From assembly GCA_013166775.1 (NCBI GenBank), contig JABLTJ010000027.1, positions 9,588-73,587 of the forward strand: a stretch of 64,000 nt of DNA. The letters are read 5' to 3'. Made by a program: the position numbers and the translations under genes. Below are positions 49,627-59,634 of this stretch, one piece after another. The notes beneath the pieces were generated by a model that was not told the origin of the DNA, did not search any database, and was given only the letters and a program-made list of their open reading frames with translations. This DNA is from Promethearchaeati archaeon. GTDB lineage: Archaea > Asgardarchaeota > Heimdallarchaeia > Heimdallarchaeales > Heimdallarchaeaceae. The first letter of the stretch is position 1. The number at the start of each line of letters is the position of its first letter.

Positions 49627-52608
49627 ATGATTCCACTTATTGTTCTCTTCAGTTTTTTTTCTTATTTATATGGTTCTATTCCTTTTGCTCTTTTCTTTAC
49701 CTATGTTTTAACTAAAAAGAATTTACTTCATGAAGGAACAGGCAATGTGGGTGTTATTAATACCTTTAGAACCGGAGGAACTTTAGCAGGTTTATTAACT
49801 GTAATAGGAGAAATTTCTAAAGCATTTGTACCATTAGTAATATCATTCTTTCTTTTCGAGAAACAATTGGGTGCATCATTCTTTAATTTCGAGGATGAGC
49901 GCTGGATAAGCTTAATGTACTTATTTTTGACTCTTCTTGGAATAAACTTTTCAATTTTTCTAAGATTTAGAGGAGGGCATGGCTCTACAATGACTTTTTT
50001 CTCTACTTTAATCTTGTCCCCCTTTTCAGCTTTAACTCTACTAGGTATAAACACTATCTTACACTTTTTATCAAGATATGATTTTAGAATAAAGAGATTA
50101 TGGATTTTATTTATCCCTGCGATAATCTATGCATTTGAAAGAAGTAGCATATATGCCTCATTTGGTGCTGCTACTGCGCTATTATTCTTAATTCAAAGTG
50201 GAGAAAGTAGAGATGATTATGTTAGACACTTCGAAGAATATGAAATGAGTAAGAGAAAAAAACTATCAATAAGATTTCACAAATTATCTTTTTATAAACG
50301 TGTACCTTTTATTGGGAATAAGGCAAATAATCTTGAATTTTTGATATCACAGAAAGTGAAAGTTCCTACAACTTATGCTTTGGATTGGTATATGTGTTCC
50401 AAACTCGTCGATTCAGATAGTGAGATAAAGGAGAAAATTATAATATCAATACAAAAAAGAATTTCACCAACAAAATCCTATGCAATACGTTCTTCTGCTT
50501 CAATAGAGGATGATCCTGAATTCTCATTTGCTGGACAATTCAAAACTATACTAAATGTTCAAGGAATTGATAAAATCATAAATGCAATTGAAGAAGTCTA
50601 TAATTCAAAGAAAAGTAAAAACGTGCAGAAATATATCACCAAATCTAATTTGAAATATGAAAATCTCAGAATGGCTGTTATTGTCCAAGAAATGGTTAAT
50701 CAAATTTTTTCTGGCGTAAGTTTCGGAAAAAATCCAATTACGGGATTAGATGAAGTCGTAATTGAAGCAGTTGAAGGGAGCGGACAATTATTATTACAGG
50801 ATGGGATTACACCCTTTCACTGTGTCTATAAATGGGGGGAGATACTTACAGAATCTAAAGAAAATCCAATCCCTGTTGAAATTATTCAAATAATTGCTGA
50901 AGAGACATTGAGAATTCAGAAAAAATATAAAAAACCTGTAGATCTCGAATGGGTTTATGATGGAAAAGAAATAAACTGGGTGCAGGTAAGACCTATATCA
51001 ACATTTATAGGATTGAATATTTATTCAAATAAGTTTTCTAAAGAATTTTTACCAGGTGTTATCAAGCCATTAATCTTTTCCATAAATATTCTTCTCATTA
51101 ATTCTACTTGGATTGATATATTAACTGAATTAATTGGAAAAAATGATTTGGATCCGTATCTGCTAGCTAAATTATTTTATTACCGAGCATATTTTAATAT
51201 AGGAAAGTTTGGTCAAATATTCGAAACAGTAGGTTTTCCTAGAGAGTTGTTGGAAATTCTTGTTCTTTCCGAAGGTGAAAATAAGAAGCCTAAGTTCAAA
51301 ATTACTTTCAAAACGCTTAGACATTTACCTAGAGTTGTAAAATTTTTGATTAATAAGTTATTTTTCTTTGAAAAGAGAATTAATAGGGACTTAATCTTGT
51401 TAATGAATGAATTCGAAAAATTTGAAAATGAAAGACTTGATAATGAAACACCAAGTAAGCTTCTAATAATTATTAAGGAATTATTTGAACTAAATAGAAA
51501 AATTGCATACTTTAGTATTATTATTCCTCTTCTTAATTTCTTCTTTAATAATAGACTAACAAGAAAATTAAAGAAATATAAGCTTACTATGGAAAGTTTA
51601 AACTATCTACTTAATTCTGAGCAAAATCTATCTGATTTCAATCCACATCTTCATTTAGAAGAACTTCATACTGAATTTAAGAACTTACCAGACAATATAA
51701 AAACTGAAATAAGAAAAGGGTCATTTGAGCAATTTCTAGAAATACCAGAAATTACGGTTTTTAAAAAGAATGTTCTGAATTTTATTGATAGATTTGGTCA
51801 TCTAAGTGATAGTGGAAATGATTTTTCACTCATACACTGGAGAGAGAAACCAAAACTAATTCTTGAAATGATAATTAATTACACACTCCCAAAGAGCAAG
51901 ATTGCAGATTCAGAAATTTTACCTATAAGAAAAATAAAAGGAAAAACCTTAGTGAAAAAAATTAAACGGTATAGATATTATAAAGAACAGATTAGTTTTG
52001 AATATACATATAGTTACAGTCTTTTTAGATCATATTTCTCTGCCTTAGCAAAACAATTTGTTCAAAGAGGAATATTTCAAGAAGAAAATGACATCTACTA
52101 TCTAACGTTTGAGGAAATAATTGAAATAATTGAAAAGGATTTATGGAGAGAAAGTAGGCAAGAACAAGTAGATAGAATTAAGAAAGAAATAGAGAAATAT
52201 AGCGATATTAAAGCACCAGCAACTATTTATGGAGATAATCCCCCTCCAATTACTTTAGATACGAAAATATATCATAAATACATAGGAACACCTTCTTCTC
52301 CTGGTTACTATTTAGGTCAAATTACTAAAGTAAAAAGCATTGATGAGTTTAACAAAATTCAAGATGGAGATGTTTTAGTTATTCCCTATTCTGATGTTTC
52401 TTGGACTCCTATCTTCTCGAAAGCTGGAGCTGTTATATCAGAAGCAGGAGGTATGCTTTCTCACTGTTCTATTATAGCTAGAGAATATCAAATCCCAGCT
52501 GTGGTTTCAGTTGATGGAATTTTTCAGCTAAACGATGGTGATACTGTATCTGTTGATGGTTATAAAGGAGAAGTGAGTTTAGTAAAGAGGATTTCTAAAG
52601 ACCACTGA
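49627..52608 (+). CDS. PlsY-like acyltransferase fused to PEP/pyruvate-binding (dikinase) and His-swivel domains
   Basis: YLYGSIPF, GTGNVG..N..R, FRGGHG; IGNKA, RSSA..ED...SFAGQF, DLEW...QVRPI; GGMLSHCSIIAREYQIPAVV. Confidence 0.88.
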   Translation: MIPLIVLFSFFSYLYGSIPFALFFTYVLTKKNLLHEGTGNVGVINTFRTGGTLAGLLTVIGEISKAFVPLVISFFLFEKQLGASFFNFEDERWISLMYLFLTLLGINFSIFLRFRGGHGSTMTFFSTLILSPFSALTLLGINTILHFLSRYDFRIKRLWILFIPAIIYAFERSSIYASFGAATALLFLIQSGESRDDYVRHFEEYEMSKRKKLSIRFHKLSFYKRVPFIGNKANNLEFLISQKVKVPTTYALDWYMCSKLVDSDSEIKEKIIISIQKRISPTKSYAIRSSASIEDDPEFSFAGQFKTILNVQGIDKIINAIEEVYNSKKSKNVQKYITKSNLKYENLRMAVIVQEMVNQIFSGVSFGKNPITGLDEVVIEAVEGSGQLLLQDGITPFHCVYKWGEILTESKENPIPVEIIQIIAEETLRIQKKYKKPVDLEWVYDGKEINWVQVRPISTFIGLNIYSNKFSKEFLPGVIKPLIFSINILLINSTWIDILTELIGKNDLDPYLLAKLFYYRAYFNIGKFGQIFETVGFPRELLEILVLSEGENKKPKFKITFKTLRHLPRVVKFLINKLFFFEKRINRDLILLMNEFEKFENERLDNETPSKLLIIIKELFELNRKIAYFSIIIPLLNFFFNNRLTRKLKKYKLTMESLNYLLNSEQNLSDFNPHLHLEELHTEFKNLPDNIKTEIRKGSFEQFLEIPEITVFKKNVLNFIDRFGHLSDSGNDFSLIHWREKPKLILEMIINYTLPKSKIADSEILPIRKIKGKTLVKKIKRYRYYKEQISFEYTYSYSLFRSYFSALAKQFVQRGIFQEENDIYYLTFEEIIEIIEKDLWRESRQEQVDRIKKEIEKYSDIKAPATIYGDNPPPITLDTKIYHKYIGTPSSPGYYLGQITKVKSIDEFNKIQDGDVLVIPYSDVSWTPIFSKAGAVISEAGGMLSHCSIIAREYQIPAVVSVDGIFQLNDGDTVSVDGYKGEVSLVKRISKDH

Positions 52609-54285
52609 TTGTGGAAGAACAAGCCATAGAAGAAGAAAAGCTAATATAAACGCTGTTAAAAAATCATTTCTTGATATTTTATTTAAAAGAATCCCAAAAA
52701 GAACAATAAAACCTAAAATAATTGAGATTTCAAAGATACTGATTATTATCCCAATGAAACCAAAGATTAATGCAAGTATAATTACAATTAGGATTAAACT
52801 AAGAATAATTCCGATGAATCCAAGCAAATTCATGAAAAATCTCTCTTTATCTTTGGATATCATTTTTAATTGTTTTATGCTTATATAGAAACCAATTGAA
52901 CTGAAAGGAGTGAGAATGACTAGCCAAAGGATTTTCCTAATAGGAAAGAAGAACCATAATCCTGTCTGAGTAAAAAAACTGATAAAAATAAGAATGACCA
53001 GAAAAACACTTAAAATTAATCCAAGATTCTTGAAATCTATTTTATTAGGTTTTTTAAAAATCGTATCTATTTGCCATTCTCCTTTAATCCCAATCATTTT
53101 ACCTTTCCAGTAGAATAATAACTCTGTTATTCCAAGTCCAAAGAAAAAACCAGTGTAGCTTATCGCTAATAAAGGTAAATCCATTCCAAAAATAAGAAAT
53201 AACATAGAGATTAAAATCATGATAGGAATAGACAAAAGAAATGTGATCGTCTTAGCTAGGAAAAACTTGTTTGCTTTTTGAATCTCAAAATTAAAACTAT
53301 CCTTAGGTTTCTGATTGTAAAGTTTCTTGTTATTCAACAGACTGCTACATAAGATAAAAAATGTATAAAATCCGATTATTATCATTAACCAGCTTATATT
53401 TCTCCATTTAGTTATTGATATATAATTAACTTCTTCCAGATCCAGACCAAAAAAATTTGTAGCTCTTTCTAATGCAGTCTGAATTATCTTAGAAGAATAA
53501 ATCTCATAATTGTGAAAAACTCTTTCGAAGAAGATTAATTCTCTAGATAGGTTGTTAGCACCCATATAATAAGATCCAACACTGGAATAACTATCATTGA
53601 TCAATTTCTCATATAAGAGAATAGCTCCTTTAGGGGGAAGAACATCATCCCAAATCCCGGTGAGTATCGTGATATTTGTTTTTGGGTTATTTGTTCCAAG
53701 ATTTATTATCCAATCTAATTCAAGATCTGAAACACCTGTAAAAACATCTACTTTGTTTTCAATATCTAAATTGATCTGAGCGCCTATTAGTATTAAACCA
53801 GCAACAGCTAAAGAATCAAAAGTTTGTTCTTGAAGAGCAATTCTTGCCCCATAACTCTGACCAATTAATACAATCTGAGAATCATTTAAACCAGTAAGTG
53901 ATTTAAATACTCCTTTAACTTGCTGTATCTGTTGAGCTTGTATATCTGTTGCAGTGTTATTAAAATCTACAAATCCAGAACTTCTTCCATGTCCAGAATA
54001 ATCAAAAGTTAAAACATGAAAACCTTGAAGATTGAATTCCATTACAATACTTTTTATAGAAATCTGGTCACTGCTAAAACCTTGCATTACTATAACTCCG
54101 AAAGGAATAGAACCTGAATAATAGGTGCAAACAATAGTATCTTGACTTTTTTCATCAATTATTTCAAAGGTTTCCTTATCACTGATTTTAACTTCAAAAG
54201 ACAATAATAAAGCAAAAAATGAGAGTATCAATAATAAACTAACAACCATGAAAAATAGGTTGATAACTCGTCGTTTATTTTTCAT
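52579..54285 (-). CDS. Membrane-bound alpha/beta hydrolase (lipase-like)
   Basis: DYSGHGRS, GQSYG nucleophile elbow, WDD, H; about eight C-terminal TMs. Confidence 0.82.
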   Translation of the reverse strand: MKNKRRVINLFFMVVSLLLILSFFALLLSFEVKISDKETFEIIDEKSQDTIVCTYYSGSIPFGVIVMQGFSSDQISIKSIVMEFNLQGFHVLTFDYSGHGRSSGFVDFNNTATDIQAQQIQQVKGVFKSLTGLNDSQIVLIGQSYGARIALQEQTFDSLAVAGLILIGAQINLDIENKVDVFTGVSDLELDWIINLGTNNPKTNITILTGIWDDVLPPKGAILLYEKLINDSYSSVGSYYMGANNLSRELIFFERVFHNYEIYSSKIIQTALERATNFFGLDLEEVNYISITKWRNISWLMIIIGFYTFFILCSSLLNNKKLYNQKPKDSFNFEIQKANKFFLAKTITFLLSIPIMILISMLFLIFGMDLPLLAISYTGFFFGLGITELLFYWKGKMIGIKGEWQIDTIFKKPNKIDFKNLGLILSVFLVILIFISFFTQTGLWFFFPIRKILWLVILTPFSSIGFYISIKQLKMISKDKERFFMNLLGFIGIILSLILIVIILALIFGFIGIIISIFEISIILGFIVLFGILLNKISRNDFLTAFILAFLLLWLVLPQSVVFRNPLY

Positions 54286-54483
54286 ACTAAAGCTATATAT
54301 TCAATAATTTACATATAACTTTTTACTATTTTTTGTAAGTACATATCTCTAATATTCAAAAAAAATATGTTCGAAAGTAATTTTCTATTTCTTTGTTATC
54401 AAAATAGTTTTTAAAAAATAATCTATGGAAATCTTTTCTGGGAATTAACAATAATATAATAACACAATTAATTAGACATTAAT

Positions 54484-54543
54484 GTGTTTTGAAAACAGTT
54501 CTTCTGGAATGATTTTTGTCTTACAGTTATTATTTTAAACACA
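54484..54543 (+). repeat. Direct repeat copy 2 (with 49336..49410)
   Basis: Same blocks as copy 1 with a ~15-bp deletion. Confidence 0.75.
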
Positions 54544-54558
54544 GTCCTAGCTAACTGA

Positions 54559-54795
54559 GGAAAAGTGTGATAATCCAATTGATGAAGAGTTGTTTTAAAG
54601 TTAAATAGAAGACTTAAGATCTCCATTGAAAAAGATGAACAATCATCTAGTATATAATAAATTTGAAAAAATAGAGAATAAGTTAGAAAAAGAAATCAGA
54701 GAAAATGGGAGCGCTGATGCTTCAATATTATTTATTTTAATTAAGAAACATAAGTAAATGTTCTTTAAAAGATATTTATGTAGGGGATTTGATTC
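54559..54795 (+). pseudogene. Diverged 3'-end copy of methyltransferase 62818..63603 plus its downstream sequence
   Basis: Colinear with 63408..63644 (EKCDNP.DEEL...ADAS.LFIL.KK); internal TAA stops. Confidence 0.9.
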
Positions 54796-54838
54796 AATCA
54801 AACATATACAGATTAAATCATGAAATTAATATGTTGAT

Positions 54839-54916
54839 TCAATTATTCAGTTCTAGTTTCTTCGCTAATTCTTCTGTTTGAAATTTGTAACCATGTCCAC
54901 CTTTATGCTTCTTGAA
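54839..54916 (-). pseudogene. Diverged 3'-end copy of GNAT 61641..62684
   Basis: FKKHKGGHGYKFQTEELAKKLELNN* vs FKKYKGAEGYKFQTEDLAKRLELNK*. Confidence 0.88.
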
Positions 54917-54966
54917 ACTATTTTCTTATCAATAGAAGCATTAGATATAAAAAAATAAAGAAAGAG

Positions 54967-54988
54967 TTCTAGCTATTAAAAGCTAGAA
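54967..54988 (-). terminator. Hairpin + T-tract after the beta-helix gene
   Basis: ttctagct-N6-agctagaa. Confidence 0.5.
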
Positions 54989-54994
54989 TCAAGT

Positions 54995-57643
54995 CTAATC
55001 TGTTTTTCTTTTTAACCATTCTGGTATACTTATCTTGGGTATCTTTATCTTTGGTTTCTTAATCTTCCCCATATACATTAATGTCCCTATAACTCCAGCA
55101 CCAATCGCAGCTCCACCTAGAGTAGTACTAAGACCAATAATCAAAGCTAATTTTGATTCTGTGTCAGTGATTTTTATGATGTTAACTTCTTCAGTAGCTA
55201 GATTTCCAGCACTATCGTTGGCATAAAAGACAATAGTAATATCTTCCTCTGTTAAAGCTGACCAAACTGTTTGATTAATTGTATCGATAAAAGAGTCAAC
55301 ATAATAGAGAATATCTCCATTAAGAGTATACCATACAGTATCTAGATTGGCATCTGTAACGGTTATGTCAAAACTTGGTGCATCGCTTTCAAATTCATCA
55401 CCAGCATCTGGAGCGTTGATTGTGATAATTGGAGCTTCAATGTCTTTTATTACAATAACCTCAGCAGAGCCAATATGTCCAATTATGTCGCTCGCATAAA
55501 ACATTAGTGTAATGCTCTCTGAAGAAGCAGCATTCCAGGCAGATTGATCAATTGCTCCATTCTCTTCAAATGTATAATTATTTAATCCGTTATCAATAGT
55601 ATACCACATTTGATCCAAATTTGGTTCAGTGATAGTCACATCAAAACTTGGTGCGCTTAAACCAAATACTTCGTTAGAACTAGGGGAATTTATTTCAATT
55701 AGTGGTGCTGTAACATCCCAAATTGGTAAATAATCTATACCAGTAACAAAAACGTGAGGATCATCACCAATCCCGTCGTAATTATCGTCACTTCCAGTAT
55801 AATTATCCCAATAATTACCTATTAAAGAACTATTCCAGAAATTATTTGAAAATGGGTAACCATAATCAATAGCATGTTCTTCGTTTAGTACAAAGTAATT
55901 TGAATAAATTAAGCTTCCATTACTACCTAGTTCAATACATATACCGTATAAGGAGTTGTCACTTATTTCATTATTCGAAATGATGTTATCATCTGTATTT
56001 TCTAAATATAACCCATAAGAATTGCTACTTATTTCATTATTCGAAATAATGTTATCATCTGTATTTTCTAAATATAATCCATAAGAATTGCTACTTATTT
56101 CATTATTTGAAATAGTGTTCTGATTTGTATCACTAGCAGCTATGCCATAAATACTATCTTTTATGATATTTTCATCAACAGTGTTATTGTGGCTACCACT
56201 CAATATAGAGATTCCATAATCTAAATTGGTTTCTATAGTGTTTTCAAAGATTTCATTCCAAAAACCAATAGTAGAAATCCCATATGAATTGTCATAAATG
56301 TTGTTTCCTGATAAAGTATTATAATTACTATCATCTAATACTATTCCTCTAACATTTGAATGAACAATATTTGATGAAACTACACAATCGGTACAATTAC
56401 TGAGCAATATCCCTGCATAGCCATTGTTTGAACAATCATTATCGACTAATTCTCCGTTAGTAACATTAGAAAGATAGATTCCTGCATCGGTAAGATCAGT
56501 TCCTGAATCACTTACAATACAATTTTCAATTGAAAAATACTCTCTAGAATTAATGATAGAAATACAACTTCCAGTTCCCCGAGCAATTATCTCCAAATCC
56601 TCTATCACATAAGGATCAGTAACAATGCCAGACCCACTACACCAATATTGATCTACAGCCCATGTCCAATTATGTGCTCCAATACCAGTTGCAGTTTCAT
56701 CAATAGTTATAGGATTCAATAAACTCCATATTGGTAAGTAATCCATATTTCCTGCTGAACCTGGAACAGTATAGGGCGTATCTCCAATATCATCATCATT
56801 TGCATCTTCACCAGTATAATCATCCCAATAATTACCAATAAGTGTGGTATTCCAGAGGGTATTAGCATTATCATCTCGTGCGTTAGGATTATTATTTCTG
56901 AAGTAATTACCATACAAAAGGTTGTTATTTGCTGATGGACCTTTTATATGTACTCCCATTAGTACGTTATCAGAAATTTCATTGCCCCAGATAGTATTGT
57001 TAAAACTATCCTTATCAATCATAATCCCTTTTTGGATATTTTCCGAGATATCGTTTTCTGAGATGGTTATATTGTTAGTCTCTTTTTCTAAAAAAATACC
57101 ATGTATGATATTATTACTTATGTTGTTTTTAGAGAGGGAAGTAAAGTAACAATCGTTTATCATTATTCCAGCATTATTTTCCGTTATTTTATTTTCAGAG
57201 ACAAGGAGAGCAGTGCAATTATCAATATTTATACCTTCACCAAGATTGTTTATTATATCACTTTCAATAATTTGTCCGTTAGTTACATTAAACAAAGTGA
57301 GACCTATGTTCCCAGTAATTGTGCAGTTTTTTATTATAAAGTGTTTTGCAGAATTTAAAATACTAAGACAAGTACCAACTCCAGTAAAAACAGTATCTTC
57401 GATAATATATGGATCATTTTCAATTCCATTACCAGTACAAATGCCCTGGTCTTTAGCCCAAGTCCAATTTTGTAGCTCTCCAGGAAGATCATTTATTTCT
57501 AAATCTTGATATTCTACGGAAAATATCAGATTATCAGTATTCTCTATAGGAAAACTACTAATTTGTACTAAGGTAGATACAGAACATAATAGTATAACAA
57601 ATATTAAAACTTTAATTTCTTTTTTCATCAGTGATATCACCAA
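54995..57643 (-). CDS. Right-handed beta-helix (NosD/PbH1) surface protein with Ig-like domains and TM anchor
   Basis: Two G.G...DPY.IE/PbH1/GNYWD.Y.G.D..DGIGD.P modules; C-terminal TM. Confidence 0.9.
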   Translation of the reverse strand: MVISLMKKEIKVLIFVILLCSVSTLVQISSFPIENTDNLIFSVEYQDLEINDLPGELQNWTWAKDQGICTGNGIENDPYIIEDTVFTGVGTCLSILNSAKHFIIKNCTITGNIGLTLFNVTNGQIIESDIINNLGEGINIDNCTALLVSENKITENNAGIMINDCYFTSLSKNNISNNIIHGIFLEKETNNITISENDISENIQKGIMIDKDSFNNTIWGNEISDNVLMGVHIKGPSANNNLLYGNYFRNNNPNARDDNANTLWNTTLIGNYWDDYTGEDANDDDIGDTPYTVPGSAGNMDYLPIWSLLNPITIDETATGIGAHNWTWAVDQYWCSGSGIVTDPYVIEDLEIIARGTGSCISIINSREYFSIENCIVSDSGTDLTDAGIYLSNVTNGELVDNDCSNNGYAGILLSNCTDCVVSSNIVHSNVRGIVLDDSNYNTLSGNNIYDNSYGISTIGFWNEIFENTIETNLDYGISILSGSHNNTVDENIIKDSIYGIAASDTNQNTISNNEISSNSYGLYLENTDDNIISNNEISSNSYGLYLENTDDNIISNNEISDNSLYGICIELGSNGSLIYSNYFVLNEEHAIDYGYPFSNNFWNSSLIGNYWDNYTGSDDNYDGIGDDPHVFVTGIDYLPIWDVTAPLIEINSPSSNEVFGLSAPSFDVTITEPNLDQMWYTIDNGLNNYTFEENGAIDQSAWNAASSESITLMFYASDIIGHIGSAEVIVIKDIEAPIITINAPDAGDEFESDAPSFDITVTDANLDTVWYTLNGDILYYVDSFIDTINQTVWSALTEEDITIVFYANDSAGNLATEEVNIIKITDTESKLALIIGLSTTLGGAAIGAGVIGTLMYMGKIKKPKIKIPKISIPEWLKRKTD
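55961..56113. repeat. 66-bp intragenic tandem repeat, about 2.3 near-identical copies
   Basis: NNEISSNSYGLYLENTDDNIIS repeated; period 66 (55961, 56027, 56093). Confidence 0.9.
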
Positions 57644-57807
57644 TTTTAAACTAGAAAAATAGTAATTTATAAGCTTATTTGAATTTTGACCTCCAAATTT
57701 CTAAAGTAGTGGTATTGAAATTATATCATGAGGGAAATGGAAAGAGAGATTTCAGAAATGGGAGAGATAGTTCTGAAAATATTAGATAAAAATCAAGATG
57801 AATCAAA

Positions 57808-57969
57808 ATGAGTGATATATATTCGATGACAGAAAGAGAAATTGTTGAAATTATTGTAGAGAGATTAGAAATTAGAGGTTTTCCATTTATTGAAACAGAA
57901 GTACCTATAAGGTAGGTTCAAGAGAAATCAGAGCTGATATAGTTCTTTTATGGCAACTCTGTGCTCTAA
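57808..57969 (+). pseudogene. Remnant of an HsdR N-terminal-like nuclease domain
   Basis: MSDIYSMTEREIVEIIVERLEIRGFPFIETEVPI-(frameshift)-VGSREIRADIVLY. Confidence 0.6.
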
Positions 57970-58039
57970 AAGTAAAATATTAAGGATAGCAAAATTCAAA
58001 GATCTCATGTATCTATCAGAGATTTGATTTCAGATAATT

Positions 58040-58336
58040 TCAACAACAATCAATAAAATCAAAAAGGAAATCAAGAAAAGTATTTCTCTTTTTTTTAACT
58101 TCATCTACAGTACTTCCTTCATGAATTCTAGGAAGAGGTTTTCCTTTCTTATAATATCGCTCATATTCATCCTTTGTCATTATTCTTCTTTCGGGTACTG
58201 GTTGGCTTGATTTTATTGGTAATCTATCAGTTTTGTATTGTATAATCAAATCTTCCAAATTTTCTCCACAATACATGCAATTTTTTTCACTAGAATCATG
58301 TTTCTTTCCACATTTTGGACAAATAAGATCAGACAT
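58040..58336 (-). CDS. N-terminal zinc-ribbon protein with hydrophobic tail ending in CC
   Basis: CPKCG-x8-CMYCG; FLDFLFDFIDCC*. Confidence 0.75.
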   Translation of the reverse strand: MSDLICPKCGKKHDSSEKNCMYCGENLEDLIIQYKTDRLPIKSSQPVPERRIMTKDEYERYYKKGKPLPRIHEGSTVDEVKKKRNTFLDFLFDFIDCC

Positions 58337-58479
58337 CTCAAATAAAATAAAAAGATTTCAGACTTAAAAGTCTTATTTAGGATTTTAACAAGAAAAGGAG
58401 AAAAGAAAGAATATCTCCAACAGATACTCTTTGGGGAAAAATCAAAGATACGGCTTTTTATTTAAAGGTATAAATTCTG

Positions 58480-59355
58480 TTAAATATTCTTTTCAAGAAG
58501 TATAGTCTTTGATTCAAATTTGAAACCAATTTTTTCATATTCTGAAATGTATTGAAATAATGGTTCTCTGAAGAACATCTGGATGGTTTTTATTCCTTCC
58601 GTTTTACACTCTTCGATTATCTTATTTTGTAAACTTCTATAATATTTCGAATCCTTAACGAAAGAATGACCTTGGATAATTAGTTCCGGAGCAGTATCTT
58701 TAAACACTTTACTAATTGCAACTATTTTCCCTTCTTCTTTAATAACTGGGAGAAATAGGAGTTGATCAGAATTTGTTAAGTTTTCATAAAATTCTTTAGT
58801 TCTTTCTGGAGAAGAATTATATACTTGACTATAAATCTTTACTATTTGTTCAATGTCTTTTTCAAAATCAAAGAAAACAACATTAATTTCATCTTCTATT
58901 AGCTCGTATGAATCGATATCTAGAGTGTAAGCAATAGCCCTATCGACAACTTCCTTGAAATCCCATCTTTTAGCTATTTCTAGAGAATCGCCCCAGATAT
59001 TTCCAGCAACACCCTGGATTCGCTTAATTCCTTTGGTTTTGAATACTTCCATTAACTTCTCCATCAAAAGATCTTCTGCTTGTTTATGTTCCTCGAGAAC
59101 AAAAGGGAAACGTAAGAAACCTATTTCTTCCTCTTCTAATTTCATTGTTTTAGCTGTAAGAAAACCTACCAACAAATCTCCCTTGAAACTATATAATCTG
59201 GTTGAAGGATCAAACTCTGATTGAGAGTAAAGTTGTTTAAGTTGTTCAACAGGAGTTTGAGTCAAATGCTTCCAGTCTTTCACTATTTCTTTACCTACTT
59301 CAGCTTGCAATTCAATATAATCAGGATGATAATTTTTTATTACATAATCTGACAT
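58480..59355 (-). CDS. Tandem GNAT-fold protein (paralog of 47170..48048)
   Basis: Start reassigned to MSDYVIK by alignment with the paralog MSDYIIK. Confidence 0.78.
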   Translation of the reverse strand: MSDYVIKNYHPDYIELQAEVGKEIVKDWKHLTQTPVEQLKQLYSQSEFDPSTRLYSFKGDLLVGFLTAKTMKLEEEEIGFLRFPFVLEEHKQAEDLLMEKLMEVFKTKGIKRIQGVAGNIWGDSLEIAKRWDFKEVVDRAIAYTLDIDSYELIEDEINVVFFDFEKDIEQIVKIYSQVYNSSPERTKEFYENLTNSDQLLFLPVIKEEGKIVAISKVFKDTAPELIIQGHSFVKDSKYYRSLQNKIIEECKTEGIKTIQMFFREPLFQYISEYEKIGFKFESKTILLEKNI

Positions 59356-59634
59356 AAACCAAAGAAGTAAAAGACACTTATAAACTAACATCTCTATTAT
59401 CTATTTGAACTACAATAAAGAAGGAAAAGATGAGAATATACATATTATTTAGAAGAAATAAAAATAATAAATATGTGTAGAAATGATTATTTTTCATTTG
59501 AGTGAAAATCTAAAAATGAAGTCAAGAACAACAAAATTTTTCTAAAATCATCAGATTTCTTTATAAATATTTATTTTCTTTAATGAACAGAAGAGTAATT
59601 TAATTTCGAATGAGAAGTATGTAGAGGTAGAAAC

